Origin: a bacterium
GTDB lineage: Bacteria; Patescibacteriota; Microgenomatia; Curtissbacterales; GWA2-41-24
Assembly (NCBI GenBank): GCA_021813945.1
Contig: JAKAJD010000001.1
Coordinates: 560,412-624,411 of the forward strand
Reading direction: 5' to 3'
DNA length: 64,000 nt
A program made the translations under genes and the position numbers. Of this stretch, positions 47,026-55,921 are shown one piece after another (positions within the stretch are counted from its first letter, which is position 1; each line of letters opens with the position of its first letter). The notes below the pieces were generated by a model that saw only the letters and a list, made by a program, of their open reading frames with translations, was not told where the DNA came from and did not search any database.

Positions 47026-50000
47026 CTACTCTTCGGGTGCCACCAGTCCCAGAACCGGAAACACAATGCTCGTCTTTGGCTGGTAATAGGTCCCTCCGGA
47101 AACGTTATAGACAACATACGGGAAGACCAAACTTACAGCCGGCACGACCCCGCCGAAAAACACCGCTTCGTCGGAATAATCACTTGGCAAAACCGCGCTT
47201 CCAGAATACGCATTATCTCCCGGAAAAATCTTGGAAATCGCGCTTTGATATTGGGAACTGCTGCTGTAGGAATTCTCCTGATTCAAATATATAAACGAAG
47301 GTGAAATCGCATCCTCCATCAAATACGAATAGACATAATTGTTGTGGTTTTTGCCGGTAGGAGTTTGGTATTTGCTGAATATATTGTTGCCGGAAATTAC
47401 AACGGCGCCGGATTTTCCCATTTCAACAGAAGATACCGTATCGCCTGTTGAAAGGTCCTTAAACGAACGTTTTAGGTTTATGTCGATAACCTTTGCCTCA
47501 CTTGCTATGCTTTCGTTTTTGAGGCTCAAAGATTTTTTAACAGAGTTAAAAGAAAACGCCTTATTTCCTGAATCTGGGGGAACTTGCTTTTGGTCGTAGT
47601 TAGTCTCCAAAATCGTAGTGTAAACAGGTATATCGCCGCTCGTTTTTACTTCAACGGAAACTTTGCCGTCTTTATAATTTTTCGCAAGAATTGTTTTACC
47701 AAACTGGTTATACTCTTTATCCTGCTTCGCCTCGTAGACTGTTTTTCCATTAACCGCCACGCTTATTTTGGGCTCTTCTATATACAAATTATTTCTTTGA
47801 GCATACATCAAACCGGCAAGCAGGCTAAACAGCGACTGAGAATACCCGGCTTGACTAAACGATAAGCCCTTTATCGCCCGATTGGCATCCTCGTTTGTGC
47901 CTTTTTCGATCATCGCAAGTGCCGGCAAAACAGAAGCAAACTGAGTATCACCGTCCCAAACGTACCTGTCGTCTGCACTATTAAGAGCCAGATTACGCAA
48001 TGTCGAAAGGGCCGCCTTATCACCATTCATAGCCCTTATTGCCACGGATTCGGGCGTATTTTTATAAATTGGATCACTCACTTCATCGCCCAAAACCCAT
48101 TGCCTTGCAATTTTTTCTTCCGGCGTGCCGGACCCTACTTGTACCTCGAAATTCTGCGCCAAACCTTGCGGAAGATTAGCAATATTCAAATTACTAATCG
48201 GTTTATTGGCCTTGCCATTAAGAGATTTTACGTACTGCTTCGTCGCTTCCACGACAGAAGGCATGTTGCTAACCTCATCAATCATATGGAGCCCTGCAGC
48301 CTGGTCCAAACCCGCAGCAAGCCAAAGATTAACAACTTGCTGCGATTCCTGACTATAATTGGCATTGACATTCCAATGATCTCCGGACCGAATTTCCAAA
48401 AGATGAGAAACAGTTTCCAGAAAAGAATTTCTTAATTTTGCATACTGGTAAGACGTTGGCGACACTAAACCGTCGCGGGTCATAGCCATTGCATTAGAAT
48501 ACACGTATAAATTTCGCCCCACCTCGCTCGAATCATAACCAAAAGTTGGATAGTTGTTATGAAAAAGAGCACTAACTACATTTGGTGCAACCCACATATC
48601 CATTTTGTTGAAATCTAAATCGGGGTAACTCGCTTCATATGAAATCTTTTTTGAACCCTCAAAAGATTGCCAAAAAGAATTAATGTTTCCTTGCGGCAAA
48701 ATTGGCCGTTTGGAAGAAACGGAATCAAGTGTATTTCCCTGCTTGTCTTTGGCTTCAAATGTAAAAGACAGATCCTTGCTTTGCCGTCCGGCATCTAGAG
48801 GAAATTTGACCTCTCCAAAACCACTGCTTGCCACCTTAAGCGGCTGACTTTTGGAAAACCCAATCTCTTTTATTGTGAGCGAAACGTCTGCCTCAACATC
48901 TTGCTGCGTTGAATTCTGGACAAGTGCGGAAACAACCGGCTGATCAGCTTGATAGTAAAAATTGGAAACAACCGGAATAATGTTGATGCCCTTTTGCGAA
49001 ATAAACTCGCCGGTAGTCTGGCCGAATTGGGAATTTTTGGTGTTGGAAAATACCTGTGCTGTAAATGTCGTTAAATTATCCGGAAGCTTAAATGTTACAG
49101 TCGCCCGCCCGCTGGCATCAGTTTGTAGGTGGGGATTCCAATAAGCGGTGTCGGCAAAATTTTCTCTCGGGCCCATTCCCTTTTCGTTGTGAACATAAAA
49201 CCCATTGGCAAAAAATGTGTGGTACTCAAAGGTCGTTAAGTTGTAAACGACAAACTGCCCGACATGCTTCTCTATCGATATAATCTTGACAGAATTACCG
49301 TTTTCATCCAAAAGTGTATCACCAATTTCGGCCTCCCCGGCTTCATGCCAAGCATTGTTTAAAAATATGCGGTGAACCCAGGTCACATTAAGAGTGCCGT
49401 TAATCGTTAAATAGTCGGAAACTGCATGCCGGAAAGTCTTGGAAACCGTATCGGGAACGAGCGAAGATAAACGCTCGGAAGAACGCGTCTTTATCTTGTC
49501 TCCAATTCTAATATCTTCAATATTGCGTGCTGTGCCGTCTTCCATCAAAATTTTCGTCCCGGCTAAAAAGCAGCCTCCGCCCCCACCGCCCATGAAGGCT
49601 TCTACACCCGTAGTAGAACTAAAACTCGAAACGGCAGAGGTTGGCGTGTAATTGTAAAAATTGTCATAAATATTTTCGTTGAACTGCCCGATTTGCAAAA
49701 TCGAAGCATCGATAACCGAAAGCGAATTGTCGGCAGACACCGGATTTCCAGCCTCATCCTGGGTTGTAATCGCTGCCGAAACCGAATCTCCAGGTTTATA
49801 AATCTGCTTATCAAAAGCGATTTTGGTCGTTAATTTGCGACTCCCTTTGTCAACTAAAAGATTTATGTGGTTCGAAATAACCTGGCCGGCGTTAACGGTA
49901 AACACATCTACCCCAATTCCTCGCCCAAAACTCTCTACAATCTCAATTGGTAAATTCCAACTGCCGCTTCCCAAGTTATTTTTCGAAAGCGAAACGATGT

Positions 50001-52386
50001 TTGAAGAAGTTCCGCTGTTTTGCGTAATAACCACTATTGCATCATTGACCCCAAAAGTTGCCGAAACACCAATATTGGCTGTTTCGCCGACTTTATATAA
50101 GTTTTTTGAGGAAGTTAAAGTTATTGCGTCTTGTGGCTTGTTATAGGTGTATTGCTGCACTTCTCCTACATAAACCTGCGCCCGGCCCGTTACCGTATTT
50201 CCCCTAGAATCACCCGCTTGCGCAGCAACTTCATAGCTTCCTTTGCCAAGATTAGCAAAGGCAAATGAAGCAGTTCCGTCTGCACCGGAAACGGCGTTCT
50301 GGCTGGCAATCAGTTGCTTATCGCTGTAACTTACAACCTTATAAAGGGAAATCACCAAAGGTTTTGCCGCTACTACCTTTCTTGGAGTGTTGTGGTCCAA
50401 AACCGCTATATTGCCGCTTATTCCCTTTTCTGTATCGCCGCTTAAATTATCAACAAAAAGCGCAAATTCACCTCTGTGAATAAGCTTTGCTATTTTGCCA
50501 AATGAAGGGGTTGCGCCAATATTGGGTGTCACCTCAAGCGTTGCTATCTGGCTTAGCTCAAATTTGTCGGCAAGCTTAGTTGAAAATGTGATCTGTGCTG
50601 TCCCTTTTTCGTCAAATTTCCCATTTCCCGTTATAAGCTCTTGGCCTGCACCGTAATAACCGCTTACAACTCCGCCAACATCCTCGGCCGTTCTGTCTTT
50701 TATTTCTGTAAAATCCGTCAAAAGGACCCTGTAGGTGAATTCGATATTGGAAAGCGGTTGGCCAAAATTAGTCTTGGCAGTGACATTAACATGCGAGTCG
50801 TCACCGCTCACATACTCTTTTTCCAAAGCTGTTGCCGAAATGTCCATATCGGGCTTTCTGTAAGCCTGAACCGACAAGGGCAGCGAATCGATTTGCTGAT
50901 AATCTCCTTTATCATTTTTTACAGAAAGAATTATCTGCGGATAATTCCCCTCAACCATCGAGGGCAAATCTATGTCGGCATAAACGGTGCCGTTTTCGTC
51001 TGCCTCCAAGGCTGTGTAATTATCTTGGTCTTGCAAATTGTAATCGAGCTGAAGTTTGGCAAAGAAAGCTCCCTTGGCAACGCTAAAATCACCATTTTCC
51101 CTCTTTCTTAAAACTGCCTTATAGTGAACTTTATCTCCGGCCCGATAAACCGGCCTGTCAGAATAAGAAAAGACCTGATAATTTGCTCGGCCATATTGTG
51201 CATAATAGTAAACCTTCGTAAAAGTGACCGCTATGTCGCCATTGGAATGGGTTATCACAAAGTCCACGGCATCCTCACCATGCGCGCTTTTGGCAATTCC
51301 ATCTGCGCCCGTGGTAACCTTATCGACCAAAACCGGTGGCCCTTTAACCTTATACAATTCTGCTTCGACTCCGCTTATACTTTTGCCGGTATTTTGCTCA
51401 GACGCCCAAACGTAGGTGTTGTTTGCATCGTTAAACACCTGATTGATGTGCCCAGATGCAACCACGAACAAATCTTCACTCCAGCTATCGTTTTCTAGTT
51501 TTACGTAATATATGCCGGGCTTGGGAAAGTTATCTGCAGGTAGACTTAGGTTGTACGAATTAGCTCCACTACTTTGCTTTATAACACGCTGCATTTGCTT
51601 CATTGCCAAACTTGCCGCATCCTCAAAATAATAAAGGGAATTTTTGCCTCCCTTGTAGCTAAAATATTCAATCAGTTGCTTTTCATTTGCTTGGCCTATG
51701 CTTACATTTACCGACGTTCCAATATAGGAATTCATGCTATTTTCCCCGCCGCTGGAATAGCTATTAAACGAAACCTCAACAGGTTTGGCAGAATCTGTGG
51801 CAATCAACTTCTTGTTTGTTTGTAGTGTAAAATCCGGATTTTGCTTTGTCCTGAAGGCAACTGTAATATCTTCCGGCAATTTCTGTTTATCGGTAGAATA
51901 GAAACTTTTATCAATAGTTATCGTATAAACCGAGTTGTAGGAAAAGTTGGCCGGCAAACCGTCTGATTTTGTTTTGTTGGATGAAAAATAAACGACTTGG
52001 CCATTTTTTTCTAAATGCCATGATCCGGAAACTTCGGGGGTCAAATGGAAATAATTGCCAAGATTTGCTTCGGTTACACCGATCGGTTTGGAAAAAACAA
52101 AGGTCGGCTGCCCTACAACCGCAAATGAATCGCTTTGGTCTTCAGGTGAACTTTCCTTGAGTTCGAATTTTTGGGCTAGGGTCTTATGGCTTTTTTTCGC
52201 CAATCTGCTTTGGGCAAACCATAAACCGCCTCCCAAAAGGCCCAAAAACACCAATATTAAAACTAACAGTTTAATGTGCTTTCGAATTTTAGAAAAAAGC
52301 CTGGAAATTTTACTTTTCGACTGGGGCACCTCCACCGCCGGTCCGGAAATCGGCGGGGGCGGATCAACAGGCAGGCTGGGGTCCAT
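47026..52386 (-). CDS. Membrane-anchored alpha-2-macroglobulin-like giant protein (1786 aa) with an embedded Hint (intein-like/BIL) domain at the bait-region position and no thioester motif
   Basis: N-terminal TM; MG-like repeats; RENFADTAYWNPHLQTDASGRATVTFKLPDNLTTF matches the A2M FPETWLW/VPDSITTW hallmark; the poly-Gly plus CFLAGTKILMEDG ... FYVHN module lies immediately before it. Confidence 0.55.
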   Translation of the reverse strand: MDPSLPVDPPPPISGPAVEVPQSKSKISRLFSKIRKHIKLLVLILVFLGLLGGGLWFAQSRLAKKSHKTLAQKFELKESSPEDQSDSFAVVGQPTFVFSKPIGVTEANLGNYFHLTPEVSGSWHLEKNGQVVYFSSNKTKSDGLPANFSYNSVYTITIDKSFYSTDKQKLPEDITVAFRTKQNPDFTLQTNKKLIATDSAKPVEVSFNSYSSGGENSMNSYIGTSVNVSIGQANEKQLIEYFSYKGGKNSLYYFEDAASLAMKQMQRVIKQSSGANSYNLSLPADNFPKPGIYYVKLENDSWSEDLFVVASGHINQVFNDANNTYVWASEQNTGKSISGVEAELYKVKGPPVLVDKVTTGADGIAKSAHGEDAVDFVITHSNGDIAVTFTKVYYYAQYGRANYQVFSYSDRPVYRAGDKVHYKAVLRKRENGDFSVAKGAFFAKLQLDYNLQDQDNYTALEADENGTVYADIDLPSMVEGNYPQIILSVKNDKGDYQQIDSLPLSVQAYRKPDMDISATALEKEYVSGDDSHVNVTAKTNFGQPLSNIEFTYRVLLTDFTEIKDRTAEDVGGVVSGYYGAGQELITGNGKFDEKGTAQITFSTKLADKFELSQIATLEVTPNIGATPSFGKIAKLIHRGEFALFVDNLSGDTEKGISGNIAVLDHNTPRKVVAAKPLVISLYKVVSYSDKQLIASQNAVSGADGTASFAFANLGKGSYEVAAQAGDSRGNTVTGRAQVYVGEVQQYTYNKPQDAITLTSSKNLYKVGETANIGVSATFGVNDAIVVITQNSGTSSNIVSLSKNNLGSGSWNLPIEIVESFGRGIGVDVFTVNAGQVISNHINLLVDKGSRKLTTKIAFDKQIYKPGDSVSAAITTQDEAGNPVSADNSLSVIDASILQIGQFNENIYDNFYNYTPTSAVSSFSSTTGVEAFMGGGGGGCFLAGTKILMEDGTARNIEDIRIGDKIKTRSSERLSSLVPDTVSKTFRHAVSDYLTINGTLNVTWVHRIFLNNAWHEAGEAEIGDTLLDENGNSVKIISIEKHVGQFVVYNLTTFEYHTFFANGFYVHNEKGMGPRENFADTAYWNPHLQTDASGRATVTFKLPDNLTTFTAQVFSNTKNSQFGQTTGEFISQKGINIIPVVSNFYYQADQPVVSALVQNSTQQDVEADVSLTIKEIGFSKSQPLKVASSGFGEVKFPLDAGRQSKDLSFTFEAKDKQGNTLDSVSSKRPILPQGNINSFWQSFEGSKKISYEASYPDLDFNKMDMWVAPNVVSALFHNNYPTFGYDSSEVGRNLYVYSNAMAMTRDGLVSPTSYQYAKLRNSFLETVSHLLEIRSGDHWNVNANYSQESQQVVNLWLAAGLDQAAGLHMIDEVSNMPSVVEATKQYVKSLNGKANKPISNLNIANLPQGLAQNFEVQVGSGTPEEKIARQWVLGDEVSDPIYKNTPESVAIRAMNGDKAALSTLRNLALNSADDRYVWDGDTQFASVLPALAMIEKGTNEDANRAIKGLSFSQAGYSQSLFSLLAGLMYAQRNNLYIEEPKISVAVNGKTVYEAKQDKEYNQFGKTILAKNYKDGKVSVEVKTSGDIPVYTTILETNYDQKQVPPDSGNKAFSFNSVKKSLSLKNESIASEAKVIDINLKRSFKDLSTGDTVSSVEMGKSGAVVISGNNIFSKYQTPTGKNHNNYVYSYLMEDAISPSFIYLNQENSYSSSSQYQSAISKIFPGDNAYSGSAVLPSDYSDEAVFFGGVVPAVSLVFPYVVYNVSGGTYYQPKTSIVFPVLGLVAPEE
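49186..49572 (-). other. Hint domain (mini-intein-like, about 129 aa) running from Cys939 (GGGGGG-CFLAGTKIL) to His-Asn1067 (FEYHTFFANGFYVHN). The +1 residue is Glu, so canonical splicing is not possible and the domain is BIL-like.
   Basis: Intein block A (C-F-x-x-G-T-x-I-L) and block G (V-Y-N-L-T ... H-N) recognised by eye; no homing-endonuclease domain. Confidence 0.6.
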
Positions 52387-52448
52387 ATATTTATACTACC
52401 CCTAATTAGCCTGTTGTAGCAATCATTATAAACTTAAAACGAGAGAGC

Positions 52449-52808
52449 TTAAATTTCTACTTTGTCGAGGTTCTTTTTCGAGGGTCCCCTAAAAACTGCC
52501 CCCTCTGCCTTATACCTGGAACCATGGCAAGGGCAATCCCAAGTCTTTTCTTTACCGTTCCAATCAACCACACACCCCAGGTGCTTACAAACAGGTGACA
52601 AAGTGACCATCTTACCCTGTTCGGATTTAAAAGCGGCAACCTTTTTCCCGCCAACTTCCACGATTGCACCTTCTCCGTTTTTTAGCGAATCTATGGTTTT
52701 ATTAGTTTTTTTGAACCTGCCCTCAAGAAAACGCTTCGGATAAAGTACGCTTTGCGAAACCTGTTTTCCTATATCCGTCATTATTAGATGATACAACACA
52801 AGGCTCAA
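52449..52808 (-). CDS. Rieske [2Fe-2S] domain protein of the b6f/bc1 high-potential type (boxes CxHLGC and CPCHGS)
   Basis: CKHLGCVVDWNGKEKTWDCPCHGSRYKAEGAVFRGP closely resembles the PetC/QcrA cluster-binding loops; no N-terminal TM anchor. Confidence 0.75.
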   Translation of the reverse strand: MSLVLYHLIMTDIGKQVSQSVLYPKRFLEGRFKKTNKTIDSLKNGEGAIVEVGGKKVAAFKSEQGKMVTLSPVCKHLGCVVDWNGKEKTWDCPCHGSRYKAEGAVFRGPSKKNLDKVEI

Positions 52809-52810
52809 AT

Positions 52811-54397
52811 CTACATCTTCTCCGGCGCGGAGATACCTAGGAGTCCTAAAGTATTTTCCAGGGCAATTTTTGTGGCGGTTATAAGCGCAATTCTCGCTTC
52901 CTCAACTTCTTTTTTCTCCCCTACGACCCTGCAGTTTTCGTAAAATTTATGGAAAGAATCTGCAAGGGATATCGCATATGTTGTCAGCTGGTTTACAGCA
53001 AAATTTCTAGAAATATCTTCAACTAACTCTGGCAACTTTGTAATCTGTTTGATTAAGTTGAGTTCATATTCAGTAGCCAATAGTTCGTAATTCACATTTG
53101 ATTTTTGATCTTTGACTTTTGACTTCGCAAGAATCGAGCAGATTCTTGCGTGTGCGTACTGCACATAATAAACCGGGTTTTTCGCTGATTTTTCCTTTGC
53201 CAAATCCAAATCAAAATCAATAGGACTGTTTGCATCATGCATCAGAATAAAAAACCGTAGTGCATCGCGGCCGATTTCATCCAGAACCTCCCTTGCAGTC
53301 ACAAAAGTCCCCGCACGCTTGCTCATTTTGACTAGTTCTCCGCCGCGTTTGAACCTTACCCACTGGTACAAAATTACATGGAAACGCGAAACATCATAAC
53401 CAAGCACCTTGATAACCGCCTGCAGCCTCGGCACATGACCATGGTGGTTTGCCCCTAAAATATCGATAACCAAATCGGGATCTTTTGAAAACTTAAGGTT
53501 GTGATAAGCAATATCATTGGCAAAATACGTATAATCGCCACCTGACTTTTTGACTACCGTTTCCCTATCTTTCAAAAACTCATCGCTTGGCGCAAACCAA
53601 ACCGCCCCCTCTTTTTTCTTCAAGAATCCTTTAACCTCAAGTTCGCTAATGGCTTTTTCTGTCTTTCCGGAATCTGTTAATTCGCTTTCAGAATAAACCT
53701 CATCGAATTTAATTCCAATTGCGCTACAGTCGGAAAGAATTTCTTTAAGAAGAACCTCAACCGCCTTCTTTCCTGCCTCTTTTGAGTCTGCAGTCTTCGA
53801 AACGTTCGTCGCCAAATCCCTAACATATTCCCCTTTATATTCCTGATCTTCCAGCTTTTTACCATTGGCAACATTGACGATCGATTCTCCCAGTTTTTCA
53901 ATCTGCCCACCTAAATCATTGTGATAATATTCCCGAATTACTTTGTAGCCGGAAAATTCTAAAACCGAAGCTAAAACGTCGCCGATCGGGCCCCCTCGCG
54001 CATTCCCAAAGTGCAACGGTCCGGTCGGGTTTGCGCTCACAAATTCCACTCTGGCTTTTTTGCCCTTGTTTAGGTCATTCGACCCATACTGATCACCCTG
54101 TTTGAGTACTTTTTCTACCTCATTTGCTAAAAACTGCGGTTTTACGAAGAAATTCAAAAAACCAGGTTCCTTAACCTCTAGTTTTTCGATGTATGCCTGA
54201 TCTTTCAAACTATCAGCCAGTATTTTAGCAAACCCCATTGGCGATTGCTTAACCTCGTGGCTAACTTTAAGAGCCATATTTGTGGAATAATCGCCATTTT
54301 TTGGGTCAGCCGGCCTGGTTAACTCAAGCTTTTGTGCTTTTACACCTAACTTGTGGGAAGCTTTAAGGACATCGTCCCTAACCAGATCACGAATCAT
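52811..54397 (-). CDS. argS: Arginine--tRNA ligase
   Basis: Class I HIGH region FVSANPTGPLHFGNARG; C-terminal DALR anticodon-binding region; 528 aa. Confidence 0.9.
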   Translation of the reverse strand: MIRDLVRDDVLKASHKLGVKAQKLELTRPADPKNGDYSTNMALKVSHEVKQSPMGFAKILADSLKDQAYIEKLEVKEPGFLNFFVKPQFLANEVEKVLKQGDQYGSNDLNKGKKARVEFVSANPTGPLHFGNARGGPIGDVLASVLEFSGYKVIREYYHNDLGGQIEKLGESIVNVANGKKLEDQEYKGEYVRDLATNVSKTADSKEAGKKAVEVLLKEILSDCSAIGIKFDEVYSESELTDSGKTEKAISELEVKGFLKKKEGAVWFAPSDEFLKDRETVVKKSGGDYTYFANDIAYHNLKFSKDPDLVIDILGANHHGHVPRLQAVIKVLGYDVSRFHVILYQWVRFKRGGELVKMSKRAGTFVTAREVLDEIGRDALRFFILMHDANSPIDFDLDLAKEKSAKNPVYYVQYAHARICSILAKSKVKDQKSNVNYELLATEYELNLIKQITKLPELVEDISRNFAVNQLTTYAISLADSFHKFYENCRVVGEKKEVEEARIALITATKIALENTLGLLGISAPEKM

Positions 54398-54467
54398 GAC
54401 CTAATTTTCAAGCCAAGACCACCTAAAAGTCAAACTCTAATCGCCTTAGCGGGAAAGAAATAGAAGG

Positions 54468-55703
54468 TTATTGGCAAGTCTTGCCAATGTAGGAATGAAC
54501 CTTTTGTGCGTCTTGTGCGCTGATTACCCCGTTGCCGTCCATGTCATATCGTGCATTGTAATTCTTGTTTGCATAAGCCTGAAATACAAGCTGGGATTCG
54601 GCGTAGGTCACCGTACCGTCCCCATTAAGGTCAGGTGGCCAGGCATTGATTCCAAATGGTGTCCTGCAACTGTAATTAGGATCTACCCCCATCACATTTT
54701 CGGCAGCGTTTGTAAAGCCGTCGACATCCGAATCGTAAGTTGCAGGCTCAATAGTAATACTGTCGGAAACCCCAGTATCGGTCTGTGCATTCGTTAACGA
54801 AGATGCAGCATAAACTTTCCCCTTATAAATACCAAATGGCTGGCCAGCCCCTGCTTTTACGTATATTGGAATCGTCTCCCCTGGTGCAATGCTACCCTCG
54901 GAAGGCGAAAACGTTATTCCTAAAGAACTGGTTGGCGCATAAAGCGAAAACCTTGTCGCGCCGGTACTTGTTAGATAAATTGCTTTTTTGCCTACCCCAC
55001 CCGCGGCCATTTTCAATCCAAAATATGTAGTTGAAAAACTTAGACCCAAACCCGGCGCTGGCGTTGGGGTCGGCATCGGTGTTGGTGGAGGGGTTGGGGT
55101 AGATCCGTCGGATATTGTAACTTTCAATTGGCTTGCTCCACCGTTCACATTTCCATTTACATCCTGGACTCTCAAACCTACAGTGTAAGTTCCGGCTGGA
55201 ATATTTGTTGCCGTTAGAGCCCTGCTGTAAGGCGTGGAACCTGAAGAGTGGGTATTTTTGTCCCAAACTATCTGGTAATTGTTGCCAGGGTTTGAAGATT
55301 CCGAAATATCATATGTAAAAGTTCCGCAATTGTTATTCAAATCATCGTAAGTGGGTGCTGCAGGCTGTGTATAATTTGAATTTGCGCACCAATCTGCTTT
55401 CCCCCAATTATTCCCCACTGCCAACTGCGGATTCAGAAGATAGTAGCGCACATTGTCAACCTGCACCCCATTTGCACCTTCAACGCCTGTGGCAGTCAAT
55501 GTAAACGAACCGCCGTTAAAACCGGAAGTAGGATTAACGGTCAAATTACCCAAAGGTATAGGAGAAGCAGCTTTCGCAAGCCTTTCATTTCTGGTGACAA
55601 AAAACACAATTGCTCCGGAAACCGCAAGAACCAGAAGAATAATAAGAATGTGGACGAATCCCTTGTTTTGACGCACTAATCCATTATGTGACGAAGCGAA
55701 CAC
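54468..55703 (-). CDS. Secreted or TM-anchored Ig-like protein with a PT linker and a C-terminal dockerin-type double Ca-binding repeat
   Basis: N-terminal TM; PTPPPTPMPTPTP linker; C-terminal DLNGDGTVTYAESQLV ... DMDGNGVISAQDAQKV. Confidence 0.5.
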   Translation of the reverse strand: MFASSHNGLVRQNKGFVHILIILLVLAVSGAIVFFVTRNERLAKAASPIPLGNLTVNPTSGFNGGSFTLTATGVEGANGVQVDNVRYYLLNPQLAVGNNWGKADWCANSNYTQPAAPTYDDLNNNCGTFTYDISESSNPGNNYQIVWDKNTHSSGSTPYSRALTATNIPAGTYTVGLRVQDVNGNVNGGASQLKVTISDGSTPTPPPTPMPTPTPAPGLGLSFSTTYFGLKMAAGGVGKKAIYLTSTGATRFSLYAPTSSLGITFSPSEGSIAPGETIPIYVKAGAGQPFGIYKGKVYAASSLTNAQTDTGVSDSITIEPATYDSDVDGFTNAAENVMGVDPNYSCRTPFGINAWPPDLNGDGTVTYAESQLVFQAYANKNYNARYDMDGNGVISAQDAQKVHSYIGKTCQ

Positions 55704-55921
55704 TAAATGTCAATGGGGTTTATCCTGTCAGATTGTAGATTTTCAAAAGATACAAAAGGCCAAGCATACAAAGGGTCAAAATCGGTATGGAACAAACAAT
55801 TACAATTAAGTAATCGAAAAGGCTTTTATGGTCAAACGGCCGGTTTAGCCGCTGCTTTAAATTAGAATAGCGCCTGCTGGGCATATTAAAATATTACTAT
55901 TACTTTTGGGATTTTACAAAG

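Noticed and set aside
49186-49572. Canonical splicing mini-intein
   Set aside because: The +1 residue after the terminal His-Asn is Glu, not Cys, Ser or Thr, and there is no endonuclease domain. This is better described as a Hint/BIL-type autoprocessing domain.
47026-52386. Thioester-containing A2M (CGEQ motif)
   Set aside because: No C-G-E-Q or CxEQ motif was found in the expected region. The corresponding stretch reads PTFGYDSSEV.
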